Positions 25,210-37,460 of a stretch of DNA of 64,000 nucleotides are shown here, piece by piece (the stretch's first letter is position 1; each line of letters starts with the position of its first letter). The translations under genes were made by a program, and so were the position numbers. The notes beneath the pieces were generated by a model. It saw only the letters and a list, made by a program, of their open reading frames with translations. It did not search any database and had not been told where the DNA came from. Source of the DNA: Perna viridis (Eukaryota); assembly GCA_037379345.1 (NCBI GenBank), contig CM074516.1, forward strand, positions 18,476,001-18,540,000, given 5' to 3'.

Positions 25210-27202
25210 TTACTTTTTTGTCAAATAAATGAACCACTTCACAAGAACCAGCTGTTTTGCTAATCCTATGACTATTGTATCTTTATTTGTATTTGCTTAT
25301 GAGGTCAGTTTATATCATACAACCTAAGTCATTGTCATCACTATCTGATTTTAAACAACAAAGACGATGCATTACCGTCAATACAAAACATTAATAGCAT
25401 TCATATTCAGCATGTTTGTATGTTTAAGTACAAATTGTATGAAAACCAATGAGTTTGAATCAACAGCTTGGTTGCTACATTCTGTCGTTTGTGTTGACGG
25501 TTTACATTAGCACACTACAGTTTTCATGTATTTTGTAACATACGACTGGAAAAAATAGCGAATCAAATGCAACCTAAAAATGTGTTTTAGTTTAATACAG
25601 CATAAATAGTTTTGCTATAGAACAAATTATCTGCCGGTAGGAGCTGCAACGATTGTTAAAATATATAATTTGTCTACTTTGCAAATGTAAATTTGATTTA
25701 TATGGATATAAAAAAAAATAAATTTTACAGTAAGTATGATTAATGTCGATCTTTAATGCAGATATATTTGTAAGGAACAAATCGCTGCACCAAATATAAA
25801 CAGCATATCATAAGCTGTGCCATGGGTGTCCGTTCAATGTACTTTATTAACCACATTCTTCTCTCAAATGTACATGTTTAGTTCAAGCTGTTTATCTGCT
25901 TGCTGTTTTATCTGTATTTTGTTTATTTTTTGTAATTAGTACATTTTTTTGTTATAGTGTGTGTGTGTGTGTGTGTTTTATTGTCCATCTTTGTTTTCTA
26001 TTCATATTTATTAATTGACTTCTTCCAATGGTTCAAGTCTTAAAACCTCAGAGACGGTTAAATCATGTAAAGAATTTTGGCTGTACGAATTGTTTTACAA
26101 GCGTTACCATGACAAAAAAATAACATTTGAAACACGTAGTTATTTGTCCTCTATGTCTCTATACTACCTTAAATGTTTAATTTCCAATTTAACGATATAT
26201 TGTGGAAGTGATTGAGCTTTTATTTCATTGTAACAATCGATGCAATTCATGCAATTTAAACTTGCAGACTAGGCCAAAGGTTACACGATTACATAAATTT
26301 GAATCGGTTATTCTTCAAAACCTTTTGAAAGAGAGGAAGATTAAAAAATCTAAATCAATTTCACATATTGGTATCTTGTCGATGTTGATTCCATTAACAA
26401 TCTTATATAAGAATACTGACTCAATTAACAGTCCTAGACTCAATAAAGAATCCAAAATGTGGAGGCTATCCACTTCATTAATAATCCTTAATTTGGAGAG
26501 CATTAACTCCATTAACAGTCCAATATTTCTAGAGTGTATAATACTTTTTTTTTTATAAATAAATGAGGATAATAAAAAGACGCATTTCTTAATTTCCTTT
26601 GTAAATGAATATCATTTTGACAGACATATATGATTTGATTGTAGAAGATGCTGATTTACTGAAGTTGTCGGAAAGTAAAATAAACTTCACGATTCTTAAC
26701 TTGCTTTAATCATGTTGATCAAGCTGTTGTACTTAACATATATTATCGACTATTTCTTTCGCTTGTAAGTATGGGAAGGATTGAATACAATTATAGCTCT
26801 TGCCTGTACCATTTCTAAATCACTTACGTGTTTAATGATTTTTTTTATATAAAATGTATTTAGATATTTAAAATATTTTATTTTACTTTATTCTAATTAA
26901 CTATAAACAGTTACAGCGAGAATGTACAAGTGTATTGAATTGATAATTGTATAGAACAATTATTTGTTCGTGTGAACATGAAATTGTATATTCAGTCTAC
27001 GCGTCGTTAATGTTGTACATATTAGCCGGTATAGTCTATATACGATGACTAAAATACATGTTCACGCTAGATTAGAAGAAACACAAAGTAATGGTTCGTC
27101 GAAAAAAATAATAAAGCTATCAAAGCTCTTTCAACAAGATCTTGGATATACTCGAAGCTATTTGGAAATATAGACTGAAATAGTTGCTTCAAATGCTTAT
27201 GA

Positions 27203-27391
27203 AAGAGTAATCAAGGGAACCAATGTAATCAAAAGAATGTAATCCAGGGACAAAGACCGGACATGGAAAACAGACATACACAACAAAGAACATAAAGTAA
27301 CTAAAATCATACATACAAAGTAACAAAAGCAAATGAGCAACTCAGACTCCAATAAAAACTGGGAGCATGGACCAGGTGCACCGGTAGGGTG
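27203..27391 (-). mobile_element. Naiad 3' end fragment, in tandem with the 27525 copy
   Basis: Same 3' UTR on the minus strand. Confidence 0.85.
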
Positions 27392-27524
27392 TGATTTGTA
27401 CTCGGTTTAAACAAATTTGTACAAGGGTGTGCTCAACAGTTTCATTCAGTGACGCGTATTATATGATTTTGAATTTATATCTAGTATTAATTGATAGATC
27501 TCAATTATCTTTATAATAATATTC

Positions 27525-28760
27525 AAGAGTAATCAAGGGAACCAGGATTCTAGCGGAAATCAAATGAATGGACAAAGACAAGAAAATAGAAACACAACAA
27601 AGAATATAAAGTAACTAAAATAATACATACAAAGTATCAAAACTAAATAAGCAACTCGGACTCCTCTAAACTAGGAGCATGGACCAAGTACACCGGTATG
27701 GTAAGCATCCCCTGATTTTCTAAAACACCCGCCGATTTGCTCGTAAAATGTCAAGTTGAAGAAAGAGGGTTGGATATGACATGTTCATCAAATCAGTTTT
27801 CATGGTGCAGATGGATACACCGTAACGATCCACGAGTTCATGATGACTACCATAAAACTTCTGTAGTGATGACTTTAATCGTGTAGCAACATAACCTTGT
27901 TCCAGAAGCCTAATTGCAAGATGTCTAGTGCGATTCAAAAGTCTGCGTAGTCACGGTAAACTCTGGCATAACGTATAAGTTGTGGTATGAGAACTCCAAA
28001 CGCAGGTGCTGAAGGGATGTTGCCACAGATGAAAGGAAAGTTGACAATTCTGAATGAAAAGTCATCACGTTTTGTCGTAAAGTTTGGTCAATAGTTTTTC
28101 CTTTGCCATCAATCTCTAAGTATAGATTAAGATATGAGGCTGACTTCACAGTGACTGTGGTTGTCTTTATCTCAAGTTCTGTGGGGTAGATGAGATGTAT
28201 CCCACCACCGAAACTAGGATTGTTTAACGACAACACGTCATCTACATAGCGAAAACTGTGTGAATTGTGTTGGTTATGTTTTTGTGTTGGAGGGTGTTAG
28301 CCAAATTAATTGCATCTATACCTTTGTGGACAAACGGTAGTGGAAGAAATAGTCGTTTTTCTTCATCTTGACCTTTTACACAAATTGGTTTGATGAGTTT
28401 GTGGATACCATTATCCGACATGATCGCAACAAGTCTGAAAAATGATGAAGGTTCAGAAACAGGAGTGTCAAGTCTTGTTTTGTAAAGGGAATGTAGTAGA
28501 GTGAGAGGTATAGAATAGAGTCTAATTCGAATGTGATGAAGTCCAAGAGGTTTTTGTATGAAAGGAAGAAGACCATATATGGAGACATTATTCATCTTAT
28601 GTGACCTATAGTGACGTATAGTGGCGATGACCATGAATCCTTTTTTGACAAATAAATTCATCACATTTATGCTATTGTTATATTGGTTTGAAAGGTTTCT
28701 TCTACTTTTTATGTTGTCATTGTACCAGTAAGGTATTGTAGTATTGGTGCTAATATGAAA
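27525..28760 (-). mobile_element. Naiad element with a large internal deletion (end of N-terminal GIY-YIG + linker fused to the RT C-terminus)
   Basis: TTIPYWYNDNI..NLS..NVMNLF (end of the GIY-YIG domain), GLHHIRIRLYSIP and FVHKGIDAINL (linker), then a jump at ~28250 to SFRYVDDVLSLNN...KFYGSHHELVDRY and the family 3' UTR. Confidence 0.8.
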
Positions 28761-28766
28761 TTAATG

Positions 28767-28830
28767 TTGAATACAAACGTTCCAATGATTTGTAAGAATT
28801 GTGTCCCTTACCCTAGGTCTACCTCCTTAA
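28767..28830 (-). mobile_element. Solo end of the same Kolobok-type MITE
   Basis: Same 24-bp TIR and TTAA plus the adjoining internal sequence (aaatcattggaacgtttgtattca on the minus strand); abuts the Naiad at ~28760. Confidence 0.8.
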
Positions 28831-28996
28831 ACCATGTTAACGTCGTTTTCTTGAAATGCAGTTTGCTTTTAGCTATTAAAATGTTTTCTTTTTAGAACAT
28901 AATAAGTTGAATGTGTGAGACAGAAGACTGAATATGCATCGCTGTTTGTTTTCAAGTTGTTTGAATTATCCTTTACAAAATTGAAGTGAAGATAAT

Positions 28997-29057
28997 ATGC
29001 TGACCTCTGTATTCCTGGTTGTCATATCTTACTTTATATTTTGCCTTCAATATACAG
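28997..29057 (+). CDS. Exon 1 of PR/SET gene: signal-peptide-like leader MLTSVFLVVISYFIFCLQYT
   Basis: ATG, 20 mostly hydrophobic codons, then a phase-1 donor AG|GTAGTA; joins in frame to the knuckle exon at 29461. Confidence 0.6.
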
Positions 29058-31475
29058 GTAGTATCATACAATTATTATATTTCCATAGACATTTAAAGGG
29101 GGCTTCATTTTTACCACACATTTTAATCACAGTCAAACTTGTTTCATTTTTTATGTTTTTGGGGAACTTGTATGTAGAATATATTTTAGAAAAAATGGAT
29201 GATGAATATCATCTTTCCAATTAATCATTAAGTCAAACGTTATTTTGACTTTCAAAACAGAATCTGATATTTCGCGAAACGAGTGTAGTTAAACAGACAT
29301 AATCCTTATTTAACCTGCATATATATTTTATAGGACAAGAAGAAAACCATTATTGTCTGTTGGTAAGAGAGATTTGTTTGTTTTTGTTTTGTTAGTGATC
29401 ACAGATTTTATTATTATTATTATCATTATTATTACTACTATTTAATTTTATTGATTGTAGCATGCTATGATTGTGAACATCCTAATCTGCCAATGGAGCA
29501 CGGACTTTATGTCATTAAGAACGAAAAGGTTTGTCTATATTTCAACGATATTCGATTTTTTTTTAAAGATTTAGCCTTAAAGAATGTCAGAAAGTCTCGG
29601 AAAAGTTAAATTCGTAACACAGTTTTTTGTTTTGTTTTATTTGTTTTGTTTTTTTTTTTAATTTTAATGAGAATGGATAATTTTGAGATTTGGTGAATAT
29701 GCTAAAGATACAACAAACCCAACAAGGTGTAAAAAACAGGTCAAGACCCCAAGACCTAAGGGTCTTTAATGAACGAGAAAACCCTCACACCACAATGGAA
29801 GTTTCAGTTTCCTCCGAAGCAACATTATTAACAGATACAGCAAAATAGTTGCTCTTATGAACTACAGCAATATAACGGAAAACAAAAAAAAAACAAAGCA
29901 AGACAAGACACACAAAGGCAAAAAAATCCTGACGTGCTAAAAATGCGGTAAATGTGCTTTGGTGTGATTATAACTCTCCCCCTATTTTAAATCTGGCCAC
30001 TGTGAAAAAAAACTATTACATGTACGCAATTAAACACACGTAAAAACATTTCAAAAGGTCACAAAATGCTATCTTTAACAATTTGACAATATCGTAAAAT
30101 ATACCTCACGAATGAGTCTATTCAACGGTTTAGTAAAGCCGACATATTTTAATATCAGTACTTACTTTGTTCAAAGAAAGTTTTTCAGGATATATATTTT
30201 TATTATGAATATTAAAATTGACGTTTTTAAGACACAAACTATCGCCTAAATATCAAATATCTAGATCTGAAGGTGTTTTTTAACTTTTCTACCAAATGTT
30301 GTTTGGAAGGAACTTCATTCATTCTAGCCATTAATTGTGATCCGTAACAATACAATAAGTAGTGCAGAATTGGTTCCATGGGAATTCCAATGACTTGATG
30401 GTAGACGAAAATGGAGTCTTACAAGAATTTTGAGTGCTGTAAGCATATCAAAAGAATTCCAGTTATCGTAGTTGTTTTTTAAGTTTTTCATAACTAAAAA
30501 TCTGTTAATTAAGGGCATATTTGATATATGCGATTTGTTTTATTTGTTTATTTATTTATTTATTATTTTATTGTATTTTTTATTATTATTATTGTAGAAA
30601 TGTGGTGTATAGAGTAGAAAAATAATACTTTGAACAGATTCGAAAGATCCCACATGGGCATTAAATTTATTAAGCATTTCAAGCGAATTTTTAATATTCC
30701 AAAAAAAGTTAATTCCACTATTTTCATTTCATACACATTGTCCCAAAATCATTTGATCGTTTAACGTTAAAGTGCGCACTAGTATGTAAAATATAAGGTC
30801 TGGTTGAAGCGCAATGGCTTGAAAAGGAAATAAATCTGTATCTTAGGGTGTTTTGTGAAGTCTGGAAAACCAGTGCATTGTAGAAACTTCTAGGTTGAGT
30901 TTGTAAAGAGGTAGCGGTAGCTTGTGTGTGTTTACAATTTTAGGTTTTTGAAATTTAGTCAGTTGGAATGTAGATGAATTTGTGATATCTTTCTGTTGAA
31001 TTTAAATATATATATTTACGTCAAATAACAATATTATTTGCAGCTTTATCAGTGTGAACAAACGCAAATTCCTTGCCAAATTCGTTCAACTTGTATTTTA
31101 TTCGGGAGATTCGGTTTTTTATGTTTTTCTAAGGAGTAAAGTGTTCTGTAAAATGTTTTATTCGGATAACAACTATTTTCATAACTGTTTTGAATAAAGA
31201 ATACAAGCTCTATCCATCTATACAATGCGAATGGAGTGAGTTCTGAATGGTGTTTACGACATTTGTTCGAATTGGTAGTGGCTGGAGGACAATACTAATG
31301 TCCGTTTTGACGACTTTTTTTCTATTATTCAGTCGTTCACGACATTCAGATTGCCTTAATAACATGAGAACTGGGACAATACTAATATTTTGAGTAAATG
31401 CAATTTCAGGATATTGGTTATTTTTCTTAATGTTCACATCTTTGCCTAACTTCCTATAATTAACGACATATTAAC

Positions 31476-31520
<45 letters not shown>

Positions 31521-34500
31521 GGTTGTGCTAATATAGCAAATATACGGAAATTCAGTGTTACCAAAATAAATAAGGATGGTTTCCATTAATGTCGTGTCAT
31601 TAACCACTTCTTATGTTCCCATTACTTTTACATGTTGAAAAAGCAATTTTCAAAGTTTCACTGTGAATTTTCAGGATAAATGATATCTTAATGTTGCATA
31701 ATATTGTTAAGCTTGGAAAACGAGTCTTTGAAAATCATTATGCTAATGCTAATGATGGTTGGATTTTTTTCACCACATTGACTTGAATTGATAATACTGA
31801 AAATCTACATTCTTACCCTTTCTGCTAAATAGCAGCATGTGTAAACAATATTTATACAATTTTGAATTGTAAATTACAACTATAATTTTGAAGAACAAAT
31901 TCTAAGCTTTATTTTGACTACTTTTTTTCAATCATAATACACACAGAATATGCTCTTACTATCACCGATTTTTTTTTACTATTTTTTGGTACTATAAAGG
32001 GTGGATAGCTATTTGACCAGGAGTGGTAAGTGAGACCAGCACGCTCATTCAAAATACCATAAAATACCGGTAAAATCAATTCCTTAATTAATATATATTT
32101 AATGTTTATCAAATGTGATTTACTGGATAATCAATTTTCGGGAAAAGTATGGAATAACAGTAAGCAATAATAATTTGAACAGTTTCATAATTTGAAGTGC
32201 TGAACAAAATTTTATCACATTCCTCCACAATAGTGTGTAATCTAGTGACTAATATGGAACTAGTAAATGTTAATCAGGTTTGAAACCGTCGTATTGTTAT
32301 TTCGAGGTTTTTGTTTAAAACGATTTAGTCTGCGTCCATGAAACCATATTTTACGCATTAGTTGAGGAACTATATCACAAATGTTGACCGAATCTGTTCT
32401 TAAGGTGTTACCTATTCCCATAGACTGAAAGGGTAGACTGTTTGAAACTCCCGTATCCATTCCACGTCAATCAATCTACGGGAAAGGCGGAACTTTCAAT
32501 ACGATTCCCCTGACTGTTTATTAAGTATGTCGCATTCGCAAGTTTTATTTGATGCTTGTTTTGTATAAAAATAGAAGCTGTGCATATATGATGATATATA
32601 GATTTGATTTTTATTGCTACTAGTTTCAATTTTATTTTTTTCTCTTAAACTGATTTTTCATATTTTCAATTTGTTAGTTATACTTCTTTCATATAATTAG
32701 CCAGAGAATCGAAACGCTGACTACGCCATTGGAACAACGCCTCCTGGATTTTCAGTGAGAAAGTCGTCGATTCCAGGGGCTGGGCTTGGGGTGTTTGCTG
32801 AAACCACAATTCCTGCTAATACAAGACTTGGTCCATTCGAAGGTATTATCTACGCAGAAGCCACAAATGAGGATCAGAGTTATGTTTGGATTGTAGGTAC
32901 ACATATTTTTTTTTGTATTTCTGGAAGAAACATAAAACCATCGTCCTATTATGCTGTTTTAAATAACGGCAAAGCCCATTTTTTATTATAAAAGAAAGGA
33001 CAAAAGACGAGAGAAATTGTAAATTTTGATAAATATATGTGCATACAGAAATGATTAAGAGTAGTGAACAAATTGTAATTTTTCATTGCAATACGTAGAA
33101 ATAGAGGGACGTGGTAAGTTGTAGAGGACGATGTTCTCATTATGATAATTAATAATAATTTTACTCCAAAATTTAATTTTATTTTAAGATTTAAGAAGCA
33201 CTGAAAGTCCGATATCAGTGTAACTGAAATTTACCCTTCAACACAAAGTAAGGATCCATACCAGTTTCGTGTAAAAAAATAAACAAAAATATTTCAAATG
33301 CATAGTAGCACCTGCCTTATATTGAACTACTCTTCTTAATTATAGATATGATAGGCAGTAAGTAAAGCAACATCATATATAAGGGTAGTACTGATTTAAA
33401 GTAAATTAACCTTAATATCTTCTTTTCCTTTTTTTGCCATAGATTTACTACTCTGATAATTCGGATGACGAATACCGTTATATTGATGGGAAATATAAAA
33501 GTCACTCTAGTTGGACACGATACGTCAACATGGCAAACACCATTGATCAGGAAAATCTTTACGCTCATCAGTATAACTTTCAAATGTACTATGTGACGTA
33601 TGAATGTATAAAACCCGGAATTGAGTTACTAATATGGTATGGAGAAGATTACGGTGCTGCATACGGTCTGAAAAGAACGGAAGAGGACTATCTTGGACGC
33701 TTTAACGCTTCCACAGAAATATTTTACCTAAACACAGTACAATCAGGTATAGCGATAAAAAATCAAGAGGGCATTGTCAAATGATAATGCTGCGGGCAAT
33801 ACCTCACAGTAATTAATACCCATTTTAAATTCTTCAATGCAATAAACACTAAATTTTCTTAAAAATACTGCATCATGGTAAATTGAATACCCCTTTGAAT
33901 GTGCAGTTGTCTTTGATAATGACACTGCCCTCACCTGTGTCTCAATAATTTATCAACGTATCAGGCGGTAATACTCTACTCTAAGTGTTCAATTTATGAT
34001 GCCGATCTCTACAAATGGTGTTATCCGAAAATCTTCAGCATTTGAAAAACGAAAAAAAAAAGATGTCCTGTTGATAAATTTGTACGATTTCTTACAATTT
34101 TTGGAAGAGTTTTAAACAATTCCTGGCCTATGTTACAATGCGTGTGATAGATAATTCAATGTATATGCATGTAAGATGATATACAATGACAATACGAGTG
34201 AAATTGTAAGAACGATTTACAATACTAGAACAACTTAATGTGATGAAATGATGAATAGTTCAGTTTATTGAGCAACAATGTCCGTCCATTACGTATATAT
34301 TAACTAGGTATATTATTCCAACCCAACAACTACGGAACTTCTTTAAATTGTATCCCAACACGCAAAAGCATTCATGTTCATTACAAGTAGCAGTTATCAT
34401 CAATTGATGGTGTTGATAGAAAGACAGTATTGAAAAAATGTTGATTCAAGAGTAGAGATCTTAACCTTAAACCATTCTGAAGAAGCAGAAAATTTGCCGA

Positions 34501-37460
34501 ATTGTTGTTTTTATGACATGTTTTAACTAGAATTGAAATAATTTATTACGGTTTTTAGCTTAAAATTTAAATGAATAAAGAGAAAATTAGACTAAATCGA
34601 CCGCTTTGACACGTGTACTTATGTGGGAGAATGCATTGTATTTCAAGATTTAGAGACATCAATCGTGAATTTGACTGTGGTACATTTAGCTTATTGGCGA
34701 CGTGTAGGCGGATTGATGACGAAAATCTTCAAGTAAAATACGATAACCTCCATTCTAATGCAACCATTAAATATGTCAATGGAAATAATATATGATTTTC
34801 TAAATGAATAAGCGCGTGCGTTTAAATTTGAGACATTGGCGTCCTAAATATTTCGGTGTTATCCATTGAATTCCTTGTTACAACGGATGTAGCATTAGAA
34901 TTCATATTGTTTATGTTAAGAAAAAAATCTTGTTATGTGTATATTTTTTAAGACTTTATTTTTGTTTTTGTGTTTTACCTCTACTTAAAACATATGAATT
35001 GTTTTCAATTGTTGGTTAGAATATCAGATAACCATTACTTTTGATCGGTTTACGCTGCACCGTCTTAAGATACGATCATCGCATGACAAAACTGTGTTCA
35101 GACGTATTCAAACCTTATCTGCAAGGATTGACGAAATCGCATTTAATTATCAGCGAAATATTGTTTAAATTGACAGTAATTGAATAAGTAAAATAAATAC
35201 AGACTTTTTACTTGTTACATAGCTTAACTATAGACAGTTTTAAACATACTTTACACATTACTTTTTTCAATTTTATCTAATAGAAAAGGTTGTCCAATAC
35301 TCGTCAACGTGCTACAAGTTTAACCAGCAGTGTCCATTCAAAAAGCCACCAAATTATAATGGGAACTTCACTAAAACATGTCTCTACGAAGCATACCATG
35401 ATATTTGTAAATATGCAGCATGTGATATCAACCCATGTACTGGTGTAGATGACTGTGGTTATTGCAAAGGTAAATGGATTTCTGTTTCTACTGGAATTTA
35501 ATCGGCTTGTGTTCACTCTCAGGAAAGCAGATGATTTAAAGTGAACAGAACGTCTTTATCCATTTCACTAAGCATTTTTTAAATTGCTTAGAATCTCTAG
35601 GTAGCCCTGTTAATATATAAATATTTTAGGAAACTAAAACTGCTATAACATTCAATGCGCAGTAATAACTTATCTACCTCAGATGCTAAGAAATATTTCA
35701 GGATTTCCCCATTTTATCATTTGGAATCATAATAAATTACATACACGTGTTAAAATTCTCATTAAACCACCAATTTATTATTGTAAATAATATAATGATT
35801 ATCTTAAAAGCTCTACTACAAATGTATAATAAATAACACCAGAAACGCTACACAAATTTGTGTACTAAGTATCCCTAGTCCATGGGCTGGGAGGGTTCCC
35901 TGTGTATCCCACAAATCAACTTCATTATTATTTTCAGGCACCTTTTTCCCCATCAGTTTGTCGACAAAGAATATTCTCGGATTATTTTCCAGTACGAGCT
36001 TATCTGTATATCAACGAGGCCATAAAGTCAATATGTTTCTGACTCTACTGTTCGAGCTCTAAGTCATCCTTGGACATCTCACATTAATATTGAATACATA
36101 ATAGTATAAGCATGTAGCAAAATTTCTCAGTGCTCTAGTGATATCACGAATGTTGCAGTAAGACTCGAGGTTATTGGTTTAAGTAAAATATGTACCCCTA
36201 CCCAACAAAACAAATCCCTTGAATTGACATATTTTTCAATGTCAAAACCCTTGAGTATTTTAGGCGTCAATAATAAAATGGCCAATTTGATATTTTCTGT
36301 TTAGTACCCTCACAATTTCTGCCTCTGGAGTTCTTTTGTTGCCTTCAGGCGATTTCATATTAAGAATTTATTCACAAATGGCTAAAATTGGGCTTTTCAA
36401 ATAGTCCACTAAGTCCTGTAAATTCATCTATACAAGTAACTGCACGACAGATACGTCTCATTCGATGGATAATTCCATTTTCTACATTACGAAGCTTCCT
36501 ATATAATATTCAAAATATCACCCTACCAATCAAAAAACAAGTCCCCATAGAAACAATATCTTCATTCAGAACATATAAAAACTGTAAAAACCTACATCTT
36601 TGGCATTAATAATCAAATTATTGTGGCATTCTACATATCAGATCAATAACAGCTCTTAGTTTTTCGTTTTGAAGTAACAATTATTATGTAATTGTAAAAA
36701 GGGGCGTTTTCAGATTTTCATCTATTTCGCCTTTTTTCGCATTCTTTTAATACTGTAATTTAATTATAGCCCATAATGAAACAATGATAAAACAGAAATT
36801 CATTGATTTATTTCTTAAATTTCCCATCCCAAATGATATTTTGTCCCAGAAAAATTTCATAATAATAAGGTTGGTTATTAGATTACTTCATAAAAATATA
36901 AATCTAAAGCTTTCAGAACCTGATTAGTGTGTGCCATTTTTTTTTCAGCAACACATTTCCAGTAAATTGAAAATAGTATTTGTAATATTTTCTTAAACAC
37001 CTTTATGAAATAAACTATGGTTAGGCAGTTGCAGCCTACCTTGTGGTGTGAGGGTTCCTTCCTTTATTGAAGACCCATAGGTGGCCTTTAGCTGACATTT
37101 TTTATCCCAGTTGGGTATTTGTCTCTTTGACACTTTCCACTCTTGTTATTTTTGGTGAGACTTGGTATGTTTGAACCTTCCATTGGTAGTACTGTACACA
37201 TAGCCCCCTTACATATAAGCTCATTTGTATAATGTTTTTGTTAATATATATCGCCTTCTATCTATTAACACTTAATAAGTGTTTTTTTGTCATATTTTTT
37301 ATTAATTCTTACAGAATACTGCTTCTACATGGGAAAGTACTTTACACCACATCACGAATTTCAACATGTTGATAATGTTAATGTATGTTTTTGTACTGAC
37401 AGTTTGGAAATTAAGTGTTCTGAAAACTGGAGTACGTATAAAGACATGTGTTTTTATTGA
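28997..37460 (+). CDS. Multi-exon gene: signal peptide + degenerate PR zinc knuckle + PRDM7/9-like PR/SET domain + two Cys-rich modules (~318 aa), no C2H2 fingers
   Basis: Hand-assembled join 28997-29057, 29461-29528, 32701-32892, 33443-33746, 35284-35469, 37315-37460. All introns are GT-AG with compatible phases (1,0,0,1,1); total 957 nt with no internal stop. Translation: MLTSVFLVVISYFIFCLQYTA-CYDCEHPNLPMEHGLYVIKNEK-PENRNADYAIGTTPPGFSVRKSSIPGAGLGVF...LGPFEG...YVWI-IYY...YIDG...SWTRYVNMA...ENL...ELLIWYGEDYG...-8-Cys module-5-Cys module-stop. AATAAA at 37892. Confidence 0.72.
29461..29528 (+). CDS. Exon: degenerate PR-domain zinc knuckle (CYDCEHPNLPMEHGLYVIKNEK)
   Basis: TTGTAG acceptor and AAG|GTTTGT donor. 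The CxxC...HG...IK pattern matches the knuckle preceding PR domains (PRDM9 CEMC...CAAHG...VKD), with the third Cys missing. Confidence 0.7.
31478..31519. repeat. Poly-T tract in a PR/SET gene intron
   Basis: About 42 consecutive T. Confidence 0.95.
32701..32892 (+). CDS. PR/SET domain exon, N-terminal half (PRDM7/9-like)
   Basis: PPGFSVRKSSIPGAGLGVF...LGPFEG...SYVWI aligns by eye to PRDM9 PPGLRIGPSGIPQAGLGVW...FGPYEG...GYSWL. Phase-0 donor GTAGGT falls right after the YxWx motif. Confidence 0.92.
33443..33746 (+). CDS. PR/SET domain exon, C-terminal half
   Basis: YIDGKYKSHSSWTRYVNMANTIDQENLYAHQYNFQMYYVTYECIKPGIELLIWYGEDYG matches PR motifs YVDG..NWMRYVNCA..QNL..IFY..ELLVWYG. Polypyrimidine/TAG acceptor; phase-1 donor at 33747. 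Confidence 0.92.
35284..35469 (+). CDS. Symmetric phase 1-1 exon encoding an 8-cysteine module (loosely WAP/four-disulfide-like)
   Basis: Open 186-nt exon EKVVQYSSTCYKFNQQCPFKKPPNYNGNFTKTCLYEAYHDICKYAACDINPCTGVDDCGYCK, with TAG acceptor and AAG|GTAAAT donor. Confidence 0.7.
37315..37460 (+). CDS. Terminal exon encoding a VWC/pacifastin-like Cys module
   Basis: TTACAG acceptor; EYCFYMGKYFTPHHEFQHVDNVNVCFCTDSLEIKCSENWSTYKDMCFY* follows the C-x-Y-x-G...F...D-x-x-N-x-C-x-C...C...C pattern. Confidence 0.68.

Noticed and set aside
26202-26558. 118-aa ORF with short internal repeats
   Set aside because: No recognisable domain or splice support.
28997-37460. Calling the gene PRDM9
   Set aside because: Only the PR/SET domain is similar; no KRAB, SSXRD or C2H2 array is visible, so no symbol was assigned.
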